Origin: Porphyridium purpureum
Lineage: Eukaryota
DNA: 64,000 bases
Assembly: GCA_008690995.1 (NCBI GenBank)
Contig: VRMN01000003.1
Location: 1,240,001-1,304,000, forward strand
Reading direction: 5' to 3'
In this document: positions 62,708-64,000 of the stretch, in pieces
Layout of the letters: each line of letters starts with the position of its first letter
Position numbering within the stretch: the stretch's first letter is position 1
Made by a program: the position numbers and the translations under genes
Notes under the pieces: generated by a model
Told to the model about the DNA's origin: nothing
Database searches by the model: none
What the model saw: only the letters and a program-made list of their open reading frames with translations

Positions 62708-64000
62708 TGCCACGATTTGGGGGGTTACCCCAATCGTCCGCTCGTGTCCCAGACCCCAAGCGTTCAAAACCAACGTCTTTTACTCTCTCACCTCTCCTCT
62801 TCTGTCTCTCTTGCTCTCTTTCTCCCATCCCCGCCGTGAAGCGGCAGAGCTTAAATACCCTACAACTAGACCCTAAAGCTAACCGGACCGCCCAGTTATT
62901 TTGGGGGCCGATGCACTGTACCGAGTGGTACAGTGCCCATTAGAATAGACTTTAGACTATAGCAAAAAAGATTAAAGAGGCGATTAGAAAAAGCTGCAGG
63001 TGGACAAAAGGGGTGGATCGTTACACATCTCACGCAACCCCTAAGCCCTACATCTGCAAGAAAAAGTCCTGGCAGCCCGTCGGAGTAACCCGTGGGGAAC
63101 CGTGCAAAGCGCGACCGAAAATGCGCGCGGCTACCGGACATAAAAAAAGAAAGAAACAACAGAAAAAACGCGCGAACCGAAGTCCGACCCAAGAGGTACA
63201 GTGTAAGTACTGTACAGCAAGTGACAATCAATTAAAAACACCCGCTAGTCGTTACCTTTTATAACAAAACATGGTAAATTTAGTACAAACTCGTTGAAGT
63301 AGAGATTTTACGCGCGAAGGGAAAGTGACAAACGATTAAAAACAGAGCAAGTTCAGAGAGTTTACCGCAGCAGTGAAGAGTAAAAGCGAGTTCTGAAAGC
63401 GCCACGTCCTTCCTTGGCCCAAGACCTTTCCAACGAGTCCCTTTGACACACTGTCACGCGAGCCTGTGACGCAGGAGCCCTCCATTTTCGCCAGGGCGTC
63501 CTAATCTGCCGTTCGCAGCTCTTTCACGCTATAAAACTGCTGGAATTCACCGTAAACGTGGCCTATTACATGTCTCCGAACATGGTCAATTGAATCCAAG
63601 TCTCGCGGGAGCGCAGGACTATCTCTAGCTTCCACATATTTGCTTTTCAATCGGTATCAGGTTTGCTCTGCCTTGAGGCAAGCTACATAGAGCAACATAA
63701 ACATGAAGCAACTGAGCTTTTTTACGGCTCTCATATTCACCCGAAATCTGTCCAACATGTTCACGCTTCTTGCGCTCCTCTCAATAGGGATACGATGGTC
63801 GCATGCGAAGGAGAAGTCTAAATTTTCGGGTGCGGTTGGCACTCCCAAGTTATCAAGCTGTGTGCACCGAACGTACAGATGAAATGGTTGACTGGGATAA
63901 GCTCTGACCCTCCCTAAGAGAAGAGGACACCATCAGAACCCTCCAATTCGAGCCTTTTAGGTCCGTAAATAACACTTGCAAGTTTTTCTCTGTTTTCAGC
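62708..64000 (-). mobile_element. Second gypsy-type element: 3' LTR (62708-63025) and adjacent internal region; runs off the window
   Basis: Imperfect inverted termini TGCCACGAT...ATCGTTACA. It is followed by CATCTC exactly as the gypsy-1 3' LTR is, and 63070-63122 resembles 11307-11363. Confidence 0.72.

Noticed and set aside
62708..62839. Hydrophobic C-terminal tail of the 1068-aa ORF as an env-like or TM extension
   Set aside because: It is read-through into the pyrimidine-rich inserted LTR, not part of the copia protein.
63400..63440. Minus-strand RWKGLGPRKD resembling a chromodomain remnant
   Set aside because: Too short, and the surrounding frames are full of stops. It cannot be supported without a profile search.

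Overview
Eukaryotic, GC-rich, gene-dense and apparently intronless nuclear DNA. Plastid transit peptides beginning MAAFV/MTGSAFV and the compact layout suggest a unicellular red alga (Porphyridium-like; inference). About 24 host genes are present: petH, plastid G6PDH, an M41-like protein, three LEA-like paralogs, a perilipin-like protein, RFC4, two tandem 5'-3' exonucleases, UBP3/4-like, GT61, IGPD, a ROK fructokinase, an ARM-like protein, PRP3, two Sel1 proteins, an SZT2-like protein, MICU, OSCA, FKBP62-like, PEX5, ERV1 and one hypothetical. There are two transposon nests. (1) 6089-18245: a complete Ty1/copia element (418-bp LTRs, TSD GACCT) with a complete chromodomain Ty3/gypsy element (278-bp LTRs, TSD CAGG) inserted in codon 12-13 of its gag. 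(2) 58552-64000: a decayed Tc1/mariner element, interrupted by a second copia element, which is in turn interrupted by a second gypsy-type element. Two signals stand out. Both complete retroelements, from different superfamilies, have gag and pol in frame and separated by a single UGA-CU stop, and the copia one has a strong stem 8 nt downstream, which suggests programmed readthrough. All three visible 5' LTR/internal junctions lack a tRNA-type TGG primer-binding site and instead carry a perfect palindrome abutting the LTR, which suggests tRNA-independent priming.
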